From Phycisphaeraceae bacterium (GTDB lineage Bacteria; Planctomycetota; Phycisphaerae; Phycisphaerales; Zrk34), in assembly GCA_040905565.1 (NCBI GenBank), contig JBBDRF010000082.1, forward strand, positions 9,234-73,233: DNA of 64,000 nucleotides, written 5' to 3'. The notes under the pieces are model-generated. The model saw only the letters and a program-made list of their open reading frames with translations, was not told the origin of the DNA and searched no databases. The position numbers and the translations under genes were made by a program. Every line of letters begins with the position of its first letter. Position 1 is the first letter of the stretch. This document shows positions 9,078-18,784 of this stretch, piece by piece.

Positions 9078-9149
9078 GGTTTCAGCGTGGTGTCAAACAG
9101 GAAAGTCGCCCGTGGACTGACTAGGATATGACCGGTCCAGAGAGTAGCC

Positions 9150-9542
9150 ATGTTCTGTAAAGTACTACGAGCCAAGATCCATCGCGCCACCGTCACCGAG
9201 ACCGATCCCGACTACGTCGGCTCGATCACGATTGACGAAGACCTGCTCCGCGCCACCGGCATCAAGCCCAACGAAGTGGTGCTGATCGCGGACTGCGAGA
9301 ACGGCGCCCGCTTCGAGACGTATGTCGTCAAGGGCAAAGCAGGATCGGGCATCATCGGCATCAACGGCGCTGCGGCTCGGCTGGTCAACATGGGTGACAA
9401 GGTCATCATCTTCGCACACCTGCTGATGCATCCCGATCAGGTCGACGACCACTACGCGAACGTCGTCCTCGTCGGCGAAGACAACCAGATCACCCGCCAA
9501 CTGCAGTACCCCAGCACACTCGAAGAAAACCTCCCCGTCTAA
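9150..9542 (+). CDS. panD: Aspartate 1-decarboxylase
   Basis: KIHRATVT...YVGSITID (G-S autocleavage site), NGARFETY, INGAAARL. Confidence 0.95.
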   Translation: MFCKVLRAKIHRATVTETDPDYVGSITIDEDLLRATGIKPNEVVLIADCENGARFETYVVKGKAGSGIIGINGAAARLVNMGDKVIIFAHLLMHPDQVDDHYANVVLVGEDNQITRQLQYPSTLEENLPV

Positions 9543-9642
9543 CCCCCCCCACCTTGTTCCCGACGCGTGGCGGGTCGTTGGTTTCCCCCTCGTTTGGCGG
9601 ACGATTGCAGATCGCCGCCCGCCCCACCACTCCCCCCATCAA

Positions 9643-10458
9643 TCAATGCACCAACCGATCCGCGAGCAGGTCCACCACGGCTGCGGGGCTTTCAACGTTC
9701 AGCCAGTGGCCGCCGGGCACGTGATGCAGATGTAGGCGTGGGTTCCGCTTGGCTGCATCGTTGATGCGTCGGCAGGCTGAGGGGCTGAGCACGTCCGAAT
9801 CGTCAGCCTTGATAAATTCCAGCCGAAGCCCGTTCGTGTCCCGCTCGACAACGTTCCAGAGGTCGGCTGCGTAGAAATCCCGCAGCAGCCTTTCGATGCG
9901 GTCGATGTCAAAACGCCAGACCATCCCGTCGCCCTGCCTGCGGACGAGGTTCATCGCCATCCACCTCGCGACCGGCTCCGCCACGCCTTGATCCATCAGT
10001 GCAGCGACCGCCTCCTCACGGTCGGCGAATGGGCCCGGCAGGCGACGCACGGTGTTGAGCATGCCCCAGCCGTGGCCGGTCGGCTCGGCGGACTCGGGGC
10101 TTGAGTCGGCGATCCACGCTTGCGAGAGGCCGTCGGCGAGTTCGGCATAGCGCAGCGCGACCTTCCCGCCGAACGAATGGCCCAGCACGCCCGCCGCGGC
10201 GATCTGCTCCGCTTCGACGAACTCAAGCAGTGCGTCGGCTGCCCCGTCGAGCGTCGGCTTCGCTTTCACTTTCGTGCTCTTGCCATGCTCGGGCAGGTCG
10301 ACAAGGACGACGCCCCAGTCCGGCCGCCGCTCCACAACCTGCCGCGCCACGTGCGACCAGTTCCGCCCGGTCCCGAAGATGCCGTGCAGCATCAGCAGCC
10401 ATTTCTCAGGGGCTGCGTCCGCCTGTGTCACCCGATCATGATGCAACATTGTCGTCAT
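9643..10458 (-). CDS. Alpha/beta hydrolase (YbfF/ABHD11-like esterase)
   Basis: LHGIFGTGRNW, VDLPEHGKS, GHSFGG nucleophile elbow, GHWLNVE. Confidence 0.88.
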   Translation of the reverse strand: MTTMLHHDRVTQADAAPEKWLLMLHGIFGTGRNWSHVARQVVERRPDWGVVLVDLPEHGKSTKVKAKPTLDGAADALLEFVEAEQIAAAGVLGHSFGGKVALRYAELADGLSQAWIADSSPESAEPTGHGWGMLNTVRRLPGPFADREEAVAALMDQGVAEPVARWMAMNLVRRQGDGMVWRFDIDRIERLLRDFYAADLWNVVERDTNGLRLEFIKADDSDVLSPSACRRINDAAKRNPRLHLHHVPGGHWLNVESPAAVVDLLADRLVH

Positions 10459-10544
10459 ATGCCTGCTACCTTTGCCGCCCCCCACACACCGCCACAAGGT
10501 CCCCCCCACCGCCAAAAAAAACATGCGGAACAAGGCGGGGGGGG

Positions 10545-13148
10545 TTATTCGAGTTCTGCTTTGAGTTGCCTGAGTAGGTCGAACGCTTCGATTGGCGAGA
10601 CGCGGTTGAGGTCCGCCCGTCGTAATGATGCGACAGCCGGGTGCTCCACGTACTCGGTGAACAATCCGAGTTGGCCATCGCTCGACGCAGCCGGCGATCC
10701 GTTCGCCGTCGCCAGCGCATTGACGCCGGTATGCACTTCCAACCGTCCCATTAAATCCTTGGCCCGGGTGACGACCGCTTCGGGAAGACCCGCGATCTGG
10801 GCTACGTGAATCCCGTAGCTCTTGTCAGCCGAGCCGCGCGTGATGCGGTGCAGGAACACCACTTCATCCGCCCATTCTCGCACAGTCACGTTCAAATTGG
10901 CGACATTTTCGAACTGTTCCGCCAGATCCGTCAGCTCGTGATAATGCGTCGCAAACAGCGTTCGGCAGCGCTTGCCGGCCAGGTGTTCCGCGATCGCCCA
11001 CGCCAGCGCCAAGCCGTCGAGCGTGCTGGTCCCCCGCCCGATCTCGTCAAGAATGACCAGCGACCGTTCCGTGGCATGATGGCAGATGTTCGCCGTCTCG
11101 GTCATCTCCACCATGAACGTCGATTGCCCGAGGTGGATCTCATCGCTGGCGCCGATGCGCGTGAAGATGCGGTCGGTCAGGCCGATCGTGGCCTCAGCAG
11201 CGGGGATGAACGACCCGGTGTGTGCCAGCAGCGTCAGCAGCGCCGCCTGCCGAATGTAAGTGCTCTTGCCCGCCATGTTGGGGCCGGTGATGAGCGCCAA
11301 CGTTTCGCCGTCGCCGAGGTCCGCGTCGTTGGGGACGAAGCGGTCTTCCAGCAGTTCGTCGAGCACGGGGTGCCGACCATCCTTGATCATCAGCACCGGC
11401 TCATCAACCACGGCCGGCCGGGTGTAGCGGTACCGCACCGCCCGCTTGGCGAAGCAGCTGAGCACATCAAGTTCCGCCACCATCTCGGCATAAACGTTCA
11501 GCGATTCAAGCTCCCCCGCCGCCGCTTCGCACAGCTGCGTGAACAGCGTCTGCTCGCGCGCGACCGATTTCTGACCGGCGGACAGGATCTTGTCCTCGAA
11601 CGTTTTCAGCTCCGGCGTGATGTACCGCTCGGCGTTCTTCAGCGTCTGCTTCCGCGTAAAGCTCGGCGGCACCTTGCCGGTGTGGGCGTGGGTGATTTCA
11701 ATGTAGTAGCCGAACACCTTGTTGTAGCCCAGCTTCAACGACGGAATCTCCGTCTGCTCGACCAGCGATTTCTGATAGTCCGAGAGGAACTGCCCCGCGT
11801 CGCGCTGAAGCGTGCGGTACTCATCAAGCTCCGCGTCGTAGCCGTCACGGATCAGCCCGCCCTCGCGCAGATGGCCGGGCGGCCCGTCGACGCAGGCCGC
11901 GGTCAACATCGCCCCCAGCTTCGCCAGCGGATCGGCAACTGATTCCAGCCGCTCACGATGACGGGCGAAGGCGTTGCGATCGCTCAGCAGTTCCAGCAGG
12001 GCGGGGACATCCTTCACCGACCGCCCGAGCGCGACCAGATCGCGAGGCGTCGGCCTGCCGACCGCGATGCGCCCGCTGATGCGCTGCACGTCCTGCACCT
12101 GCTCGAGCGCGTCGCTCAGGTCCGAAGCGAGAGCCGGATCGCCGGCGAAAGCCGCCACCGCATCCTGCCGCTGCTCGATCGCGTTGAGATCGGTCAGCGG
12201 ATAGCAAAGCCATTGCCGCAGCATTCGCTTGCCCATCGCCGTCCGGCAATTTTGGAGCACCCCCAGCAGCGAGCCAGCGACCTCGCCGCTGCGCATCGTG
12301 CGTTCGACTTCCAGACTCCGCAGCGAAACCTGATCGATCAGCAGATAGTCGGTGCGACTTCGGCGTCGCGGGGGACTCAGGTGCGCCAGCCGTTCGCCCT
12401 CCGCCTGCTGCGTCTCCAGCAGGTAGCTGATGACCGCCCCGGCAGGGCCGATCACGGCGTCGTCGTCGCCGAGCCCGAAGCCGGTGAGCGTGGTGACGCG
12501 GAACTGTCGCTGGAGCGCTTCGCGTGCTTCGGTCAGGCGAAACTGCCAGGCGGGCCGAGCGGTGAGGGCGCAGCTGAGGATCTGCCCGAGGTCGGCGATG
12601 CGAGGCGGCGGTTTGCGATCGGCCGTTTCGACGTACAGAAGCTCACGCGGATTCAGCCGGGCCAGGTCATCCGCCATTTCGCGGACGGTGCCTTCGGCCA
12701 CTTCCATCGCGCCGGTGCTCAGCTCGGCGAAGGCGAGAACGGCCCGGTCGTCTTGGAGAATCTGCACGGCAGCGAGGTAGTTCTCAGCGGCGTCGTCGAG
12801 CATGCTTTCGTCGGTCAGCGTGCCGGGCGTAACGAGGCGGGCCACTTCGCGACGCACCACGCCTTTGGATTGCGAAGCTTCTTCCATCTGCTCGCAGACC
12901 GCCACCCGGTGACCCGCGCCGACCATCCGCCGCAGGTAGCCCTCGACGCTGTGGTAAGGCACGCCCGCCATGGGGATGCCCTCGGTGCGTTGCGTGAGCG
13001 TGACGCCGAGCACGCGCGACGCGAGTTTGGCATCGTCGTAGAACAGTTCGTAGAAATCGCCCATGCGGAAAAACAGCACGCACTCGGGGTGTTGCTTTTT
13101 GAAGCGGTGGAACTGCCGCATTGCGGGGGTATCGTGGGCACCTGACAT
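10545..13148 (-). CDS. mutS: DNA mismatch repair protein MutS
   Basis: TPAMRQF, FFRMGDFYELF, PMAGVPYH, ITGPNMAGKSTY, STFMVEM, ILDEIGRGTST, FATHYHEL, SYGIHVA. Confidence 0.97.
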   Translation of the reverse strand: MSGAHDTPAMRQFHRFKKQHPECVLFFRMGDFYELFYDDAKLASRVLGVTLTQRTEGIPMAGVPYHSVEGYLRRMVGAGHRVAVCEQMEEASQSKGVVRREVARLVTPGTLTDESMLDDAAENYLAAVQILQDDRAVLAFAELSTGAMEVAEGTVREMADDLARLNPRELLYVETADRKPPPRIADLGQILSCALTARPAWQFRLTEAREALQRQFRVTTLTGFGLGDDDAVIGPAGAVISYLLETQQAEGERLAHLSPPRRRSRTDYLLIDQVSLRSLEVERTMRSGEVAGSLLGVLQNCRTAMGKRMLRQWLCYPLTDLNAIEQRQDAVAAFAGDPALASDLSDALEQVQDVQRISGRIAVGRPTPRDLVALGRSVKDVPALLELLSDRNAFARHRERLESVADPLAKLGAMLTAACVDGPPGHLREGGLIRDGYDAELDEYRTLQRDAGQFLSDYQKSLVEQTEIPSLKLGYNKVFGYYIEITHAHTGKVPPSFTRKQTLKNAERYITPELKTFEDKILSAGQKSVAREQTLFTQLCEAAAGELESLNVYAEMVAELDVLSCFAKRAVRYRYTRPAVVDEPVLMIKDGRHPVLDELLEDRFVPNDADLGDGETLALITGPNMAGKSTYIRQAALLTLLAHTGSFIPAAEATIGLTDRIFTRIGASDEIHLGQSTFMVEMTETANICHHATERSLVILDEIGRGTSTLDGLALAWAIAEHLAGKRCRTLFATHYHELTDLAEQFENVANLNVTVREWADEVVFLHRITRGSADKSYGIHVAQIAGLPEAVVTRAKDLMGRLEVHTGVNALATANGSPAASSDGQLGLFTEYVEHPAVASLRRADLNRVSPIEAFDLLRQLKAELE

Positions 13149-13219
13149 GAGCAAGAGTTTCCACGCTGGACGATCGACATGCAAGCGTCGAAGGGCGTTC
13201 GGGGTAGACCGAGGTTCAA

Positions 13220-13260
13220 GGGTGCCCCCCGGAGAGCAAGCGAAGCGAGACGGCCGGGCC
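13220..13260. repeat. Single degenerate copy of the REP-like arm seen at 5866
   Basis: GGGTGCCCCCCGGAGAGCAAGCGAAGCGAGACGGCCGGGC; last 16 nt identical to the 5866 arm. Confidence 0.6.
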
Positions 13261-13307
13261 CTCCGACGCCGTACCGCTGGCGGAGGCCTCACCGCGACGC
13301 CGCCCTC

Positions 13308-13347
13308 AAAAAAAGTCAGCTTCGAAGCGATGGCTCCGAAGCTGACT
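13308..13347 (-). terminator. Rho-independent terminator of the PEP-CTERM gene
   Basis: Stem AGTCAGCTTCG/CGAAGCTGACT followed on the minus strand by a 7-T tract. Confidence 0.8.
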
Positions 13348-13407
13348 CTGTATTCGGTCATGTTCGACAAGTGCGGCGAAAATGTTTGCCGCGGGTTGTC
13401 GCATGCA

Positions 13408-14178
13408 TTAGGCGGCCGAGCGGGTCATGCGACGGCGACGGGCGCCGGCGGCGAGCAGGCCGAGGCCCATGAGGGCGAACGCGCCGGGCTCGGGGATGAT
13501 GGTGCTTTGGGACTCAAAGCTTCCCGAGAGCATGGATCCGCCGTCGGGATCAAGCTGGAACGACGAGGTGAAGGTGACGTCCGCGTCACCGTTGGCCTTG
13601 AGGTTCGTGTCGAAGTAGGCATTGGCGTTGCCTTCGTTGTTCGACTCGGTTTCGGGGTTGCCGAGTTCGCCGTCGTAGGCTACCGAGAACAGGCCGCCGC
13701 CGAAGCCGACGGGGTCGCCGCCGAGGGAGAAACTGCCGCTGCTGAGCGTGATGCCGTTGTCCGGCTCAGCGATCAGCGAAAGCCACAGATCGCCTTCGTC
13801 CGCGGTGGCTGCGTCGTTGTTGTCGTAAACGGCCGTGTCGTTGAGATAGATATTCAGCCAGCCGCCGGTGAAGTCCCAGCCGCCCATGCTGTTGGCCGAA
13901 GCGGCGGTGAAGTCGCCGAACGTGAAGCTGAGGGTCTTGTCCGCCGGTGCCACCGAAGCGATCGAGTTCCCCTGATAAAGGAGGATACTGCCGTAGCCGG
14001 TGAGCACGTCGCCCTGCTGCTGGACGATGGACTGGTGGAATTCGCCTTTGAACTCGCTGGCGCCGGTTTCGGTTTGCACACCGCCGAGGTCGATCGTGCT
14101 CGCGTCGGCCCCGGACGCGGCCACTGCAAAGAAGCCACCCAGTGTTAGTACCGCTGCTTGACGCATAAAACGTTTCAT
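13408..14178 (-). CDS. PEP-CTERM sorting domain protein (possibly PepA-like)
   Basis: Signal peptide, acidic Gly/Ser/Asp-rich body, C-terminal IPEPGAFALMGLGLLAAGARRRR; GGAG RBS. Confidence 0.92.
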   Translation of the reverse strand: MKRFMRQAAVLTLGGFFAVAASGADASTIDLGGVQTETGASEFKGEFHQSIVQQQGDVLTGYGSILLYQGNSIASVAPADKTLSFTFGDFTAASANSMGGWDFTGGWLNIYLNDTAVYDNNDAATADEGDLWLSLIAEPDNGITLSSGSFSLGGDPVGFGGGLFSVAYDGELGNPETESNNEGNANAYFDTNLKANGDADVTFTSSFQLDPDGGSMLSGSFESQSTIIPEPGAFALMGLGLLAAGARRRRMTRSAA

Positions 14179-14320
14179 CGCTTACTCCGTGACAAAAATG
14201 ATGGCTCAGCAAAGGAGGGTGCTAGGGGTGCTGAGACCTATCGAATCGATTCTTACCTGAAGAGAATATAACCGATGGCTAGGGACGGGGCCATAGTTTT
14301 TCGCCAAACGACCGAAAAAG

Positions 14321-15976
14321 TTATTCGGCCGGACAGTACCGCCCTGGGCTGATAAGCCTTTGGGGATCAATGGCTTGCTTAAGACGCCCCACCAGACGCC
14401 AATACGGCTGGTCAGGATCGACCATCTGGGGCATCGCATTGATGCCGGCCCGGTAAGGCAGTAGGCCCCGCGATCGCCCCTGGCTCAGCAGCGTGTCGAA
14501 GCAGTCAGTCGCCCGCTGCCGTTCCGCCGGATCGTCTCGATCAAAAAGCAGCGGCACGGTGCTGTCGAAACAGCGGTGCGAAAGCGATGTGAGCGTGATC
14601 AGCGGTTCGATCCGATGGGCGAGGCAAACGCGTTCGACCATCTGCACGTAATCCCGCACAGTGTTCGTAACCGTCGGCACGAGCGGGGAATACCAGATTA
14701 GCCCGCAGCCGTCTCGGGCCGGGTTCAACGGTGTGCCGTCCGTCGGCATCGTGCCGGACTTCCAGTAGGCCAGGGGCAAGGCGACCTCAGTCGGTTCGCC
14801 GGCGAAGTTCCGCAACGCCCCCTCAACCGTGTGAATCTGCTTCCGCAGGCCCGGCGCGAACGCGGCCGGCAGTCGGTTGAGCCATCGCTGTAATCTTCGA
14901 GCGAAGCTGAGCGTGACGAATTTCAGTTGCTTGGTGTAAGGCCTGAGGTGACGGCGGACGACGGCCTTGACGGCGGCATTCATCTGCCGGTTCCCGTATA
15001 TTACCCCCGCCCCCATCCAGGGTTCGACGCCGTTCTGATCGGCCAGACGCTTCAGCAGGATTTCGTCCATGACGCCGGCTTCGCCGACCTGCTCGCGTGG
15101 GTACGGGACCATCATCGAAAGCACCCGCCTCCGGTTCATCAGGTTGATTGCCCCGATGTTGCCGCCCGCTTCGCGGGTGATGCGACGCACCGCTTCAACG
15201 GCGCCTTCGAGGTCCTCCTCCCGTCGCAGCGAGAAAAAGAACCCCTCGACCCGCTCCGGCCGCGGCGCCAAGGTGATCGTCGCCCGCGTCACTACGGCGA
15301 AGTTGCTCTGCGCCAGGAGGCCATCTATATAAGGTCCGACGCCCCATTTGAAGCAGCGGTCGATCAGCGGGGCCCCCATCTCGGTCAGGGCTGAGCGATA
15401 CACCGTGCCGTCGGGCAGTACCGCCTGCATGGCCGTGACGGCTCCGAAATGATCGGCATAGGGCGTGATGCCATAACCTCTTTCAAGTGCGTTGCCTAGG
15501 ATGCTCGCTTCGGGGCCGGCGCCGCTGGCGGGGACCATCAGATCGGCGTTTTGCTCAACAAGGAAGCGGTGCAACATGCCCTGACTGACGCCCGGCTCGA
15601 CGGTGACGAGCCCGAGTTCAGGATCGAACTCGCTGATGCCGACCATCCGCGAACAATCGAGGACGATGCCGCCGGGCCTGGTAGGATTCGCCGATCCGTA
15701 ACCCCAGTTTTTACCGCGAGATACGGGGTAGATCGGCACATCATACTCACCGGCGAGCCGCACGACCTGCTGCACCTGCTCAGCCGAGGCGGGCCGCACC
15801 GCCCCGAGAGGCTTGATGCTCTGCGGGAGCGTGTTCGCTTCGTAGGCGGCGACACCTTCCGCGTCGAAATGGACGTGCTCCGCCCCGACGGCCGATTCGA
15901 GGGCACGGCAAAGGGTGGTTCCGATCTGCGACCTGCTCATTTGGCCCGATGCAATCATGAAAGCGCTCCTGCTCAT
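14321..15976 (-). CDS. FAD-binding oxidoreductase, p-cresol methylhydroxylase flavoprotein / vanillyl-alcohol oxidase family (FeeG-like)
   Basis: SRGKNWGYGS, VEPGV, GNALERGYGITPY, FKWGVGPYIDGL, GLIWYSP, PYR, KQAIDP..LISPG resemble PchF family motifs; exact start uncertain. Confidence 0.85.
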   Translation of the reverse strand: MSRSAFMIASGQMSRSQIGTTLCRALESAVGAEHVHFDAEGVAAYEANTLPQSIKPLGAVRPASAEQVQQVVRLAGEYDVPIYPVSRGKNWGYGSANPTRPGGIVLDCSRMVGISEFDPELGLVTVEPGVSQGMLHRFLVEQNADLMVPASGAGPEASILGNALERGYGITPYADHFGAVTAMQAVLPDGTVYRSALTEMGAPLIDRCFKWGVGPYIDGLLAQSNFAVVTRATITLAPRPERVEGFFFSLRREEDLEGAVEAVRRITREAGGNIGAINLMNRRRVLSMMVPYPREQVGEAGVMDEILLKRLADQNGVEPWMGAGVIYGNRQMNAAVKAVVRRHLRPYTKQLKFVTLSFARRLQRWLNRLPAAFAPGLRKQIHTVEGALRNFAGEPTEVALPLAYWKSGTMPTDGTPLNPARDGCGLIWYSPLVPTVTNTVRDYVQMVERVCLAHRIEPLITLTSLSHRCFDSTVPLLFDRDDPAERQRATDCFDTLLSQGRSRGLLPYRAGINAMPQMVDPDQPYWRLVGRLKQAIDPQRLISPGRYCPAE

Positions 15977-16163
15977 GATTTCGGCCGAACGAGGGGGCGA
16001 TATAAGTCAGGTTTTTGAGAACGATCGTACAAGCTGTTTTCTTTTCCCCCGGTGAAGTCCGGGCACCGGAGGGTCGATACTGAGAGAAGACGCGGACAAA
16101 GCCGTTTGTGGTGAACGGCGGGTGGAGAATTTTGTTTCACGACGCCCTCCCGCGTCATTGAGG

Positions 16164-16886
16164 ATGCAGAACATGGAGAACAAGAGCGGGCTTTCGTATT
16201 CGGTCGCTCGCACGCTTTCTGACGTCCTCGAAGCATGGCAGCTGGTGTACCGCTCGTATCGACGGGCGGGGCTGATCCAGTCTCACCGCTGGAAGCTGCA
16301 CACGGTCCCCCATGCTGTCCAGAACCAGAGCGTGGTCGTTCGCGGTCGCATTCGCGCGGAGACCGTCAGCACACTCAGCGCCTACCTGGACACGAGCAAC
16401 GGTCTGCCTCTCGACTCGGTCTACCCCGACGAACTGGCAACCCTGCGCCGCAACGGCAGACGGCTGGTGGAGTTCGGCCTGTTCGCCGATCGACGGCACG
16501 AGATGCAACGCACGGTCGCCGCGCTGCTCGAATTGATGCGCTGGGCCTGCCACTTCGGCGTCCACAGCGGCGCGACCGACGGAATCATCGGCGTCCACCC
16601 GCGTCACGCTGCGTTCTACGAGCGTCTGCTGGCGTTCGAACGCATCGGTGAGGTTCGGCTGCACCCGACGGTGAACGAGGCCGAGGTCGTGCTGCTTCGC
16701 CTGGACTGGTACGCCCAGATCGTCAAGCCTCGCGTTCCGAGAGGGTTGCGTTATTGGATGGAGAAGCCTCTTCCTGCGACGGCCTTTCTTGAACGGTCCA
16801 TGTTCACCCCCGAGGAATTGGCCAGCTCCCCGCTCGCGGATTACCTCGGCGAGATGATCGCCGCACCGATTGGCGCTGACGCCTGA
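16164..16886 (+). CDS. FeeM-like N-acyl amino acid synthase (GNAT fold)
   Basis: LVYRSYRRAGL, TLSAYLD..NGLPLDSVYPDELATLR..GRRLVEF, IGVHPRH..FYERLLAFE.IG, VLLRLD; alternative starts at 16122 and 16173. Confidence 0.8.
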   Translation: MQNMENKSGLSYSVARTLSDVLEAWQLVYRSYRRAGLIQSHRWKLHTVPHAVQNQSVVVRGRIRAETVSTLSAYLDTSNGLPLDSVYPDELATLRRNGRRLVEFGLFADRRHEMQRTVAALLELMRWACHFGVHSGATDGIIGVHPRHAAFYERLLAFERIGEVRLHPTVNEAEVVLLRLDWYAQIVKPRVPRGLRYWMEKPLPATAFLERSMFTPEELASSPLADYLGEMIAAPIGADA

Positions 16887-16888
16887 GG

Positions 16889-17425
16889 TCACCCCGCAGC
16901 GCGTTGTTTCGGCGGCGGTCTACCCGGTTCGTAAAGTGCCACGCGCCAGCCGTTCCGTTCCACGGTTCCCGCGCACTGGACCCGTTCGTTCAAAGGTGTC
17001 GGATCCGGCGGTTTCTCAGGATGTCGATCGGCCGTCGGCCGAGCGGGTTTGGCGCGAGCCGTCGTCGGCTGACGCTCACTGCGATCGTCGGGTTGGGTCG
17101 TAAGATCAAGCGTCGGCGTGAGCGCCCGCTGAAGTTCCGCCCGATCAAGCTTTCGCAGTGATTGCGTCACGAAGTCCGTCATCGCGATGCCCACGAGATC
17201 GACGACCGCTTCCTGATCGCCGGCGTCGACGTCGAAGTGATACCACCACGCGTGCATCAGTTCGTGGAAGAACACCTGCAGGCGCTGGCGTTCCGGGGGA
17301 ATGTCGGAAATCAAAATCTCCTGCTGCAGATTGTCACAAAGCCCGAAGCAAGGCTCGCCCTGGTGCATGATGTGACCGTGGACGAGCTTGACGCGGTAGG
17401 GAAACGGACCGACTTGTACCCACAT
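16889..17425 (-). CDS. Small HExxH metallopeptidase-like protein (phage/ImmA-IrrE-like fold suspected)
   Basis: AGGAGG RBS before ATG 17425; FGLCD..QQEILI, QVFFHELMHA, downstream E in DQEAVVD. Confidence 0.75.
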   Translation of the reverse strand: MWVQVGPFPYRVKLVHGHIMHQGEPCFGLCDNLQQEILISDIPPERQRLQVFFHELMHAWWYHFDVDAGDQEAVVDLVGIAMTDFVTQSLRKLDRAELQRALTPTLDLTTQPDDRSERQPTTARAKPARPTADRHPEKPPDPTPLNERVQCAGTVERNGWRVALYEPGRPPPKQRAAG

Positions 17426-17839
17426 GCAGACCTCCTGCGTTCGTGTTCGCGGAGCACAAAGCCTCGGCGGAACCGACCCCACGTGGACGGGCCGGTTCGC
17501 CGGGCACAACCAATCCCGGACGGGCGGCTGCGACGTTTCCTCGCCTGATCGCTTATCTCGCCTCGGCCTCCTGCCGAAGCGCCCCCGGCCACCATCCCCA
17601 CCCACCGGCCCCCCCTACCGGCCCGGAAGAGCTTTGGGTCGCCTTCTTATGTAAGGCCGATGTTCAATCCATACAAGACCCGAACGGCGCTCGGCGTGCC
17701 ACCATGCTGACACTCCCGCCGTTTTTTCTGATCATGGCGCACGAAAACCGGCACTCGCTTCGCCCTGCGTTGAGAAGTTGCGAGCGATGGGTACGATGGT
17801 GCCCCCCCACCACCACCGCCCGCACGGAAGGAACGATTC

Positions 17840-18724
17840 ATGCAAGGCGCAGCAGCGGCGAATCCGCTTAAGGTGATCGCTCAGGACGTGAAGCTTTCGC
17901 ATTCGGTGTTCGCTTTGCCGTTCGCGCTGCTGGCGACGTTCCTGGCGGCGGGGGCGAGCCCGGGATGGGGGCCGTTGCTGTTGATCGTGGTGTGCATGTT
18001 CCTGGCGCGCACGTTTGCGATGCTGGCGAATCGGTATCTGGATCGCACGATTGATGCAGCCAACCCGCGCACGGCCGGCCGGGCGATCCCCTCGGGCAAG
18101 GTGACCGCGGGACAGGTTCTGGCGGTGGCGCTGGCCTCGGCGGCGGGGCTGGTGGCGGGGGCGGCGATGTTCGGCGTGCTGTTCGACAACTGGTGGCCGG
18201 TGATCGCTTCGCCGTTCGTGCTGGGCTGGCTTTGGGCCTACGGGCTATTCAAACGCTTCACGTGGCTGTGCCACTTCTTCCTCGGCGGCGCACTCGCGCT
18301 GAGCCCGCTCGCGGCCGGTCTGGCCATCGAGCCGAGCTATCTGGCGCAGCCGACGCTGTGGTGGCTGGCAGCATTCGTGCTGTTGTGGGTGGCGGGATTC
18401 GACGTCGTTTATGCCTTGCAGGATGAGCAGGTCGACCGGCGCGACGGCATCTACTCGGTCCCGGCGAAGCTTGGCCGAGGCGGTGCCCTCCTCCTCGCCA
18501 AGGGCGTCCATCTGCTGGCGCTGATCATGTTGCTGATGGCCTACCGGTCCGAACCGATGCTCAGCACGCTGTTCTTCGTGGGCATCGTGGTGGTGGGCCT
18601 GCTGATGGTGATCGAACATCGAGCGGCGAGCATGGGCCGATTCAGCATGGCGTTCTTTACGCTCAACGGCATCATCAGTTTGCTGCTGGGCGTGCTGGGG
18701 ATTGTCGATATTCTGCGTACGTGA
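17840..18724 (+). CDS. UbiA-family polyprenyltransferase (MqnP/4-hydroxybenzoate octaprenyltransferase-like)
   Basis: KLSHSVFALPFA, ARTFAML.NRYLDR.ID..NPRT.GRAIPSG, KRFTWLCH, WVAGFDVVYALQD, AFFTLNG. Confidence 0.88.
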   Translation: MQGAAAANPLKVIAQDVKLSHSVFALPFALLATFLAAGASPGWGPLLLIVVCMFLARTFAMLANRYLDRTIDAANPRTAGRAIPSGKVTAGQVLAVALASAAGLVAGAAMFGVLFDNWWPVIASPFVLGWLWAYGLFKRFTWLCHFFLGGALALSPLAAGLAIEPSYLAQPTLWWLAAFVLLWVAGFDVVYALQDEQVDRRDGIYSVPAKLGRGGALLLAKGVHLLALIMLLMAYRSEPMLSTLFFVGIVVVGLLMVIEHRAASMGRFSMAFFTLNGIISLLLGVLGIVDILRT

Positions 18725-18784
18725 ATTGGGGCGTCCGGCGACGCGTAGCGTCGCGGCTATTGTCGCGCCGCCCCTCGCTGGGAC

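Noticed and set aside
9078..9149. Possible riboswitch before panD
   Set aside because: Too short, and no recognisable aptamer consensus
13149..13370. N-terminal extension of MutS in the ORF track
   Set aside because: Runs through a terminator and a REP arm; MutS homology begins at MSGAHDTPAM (13148)
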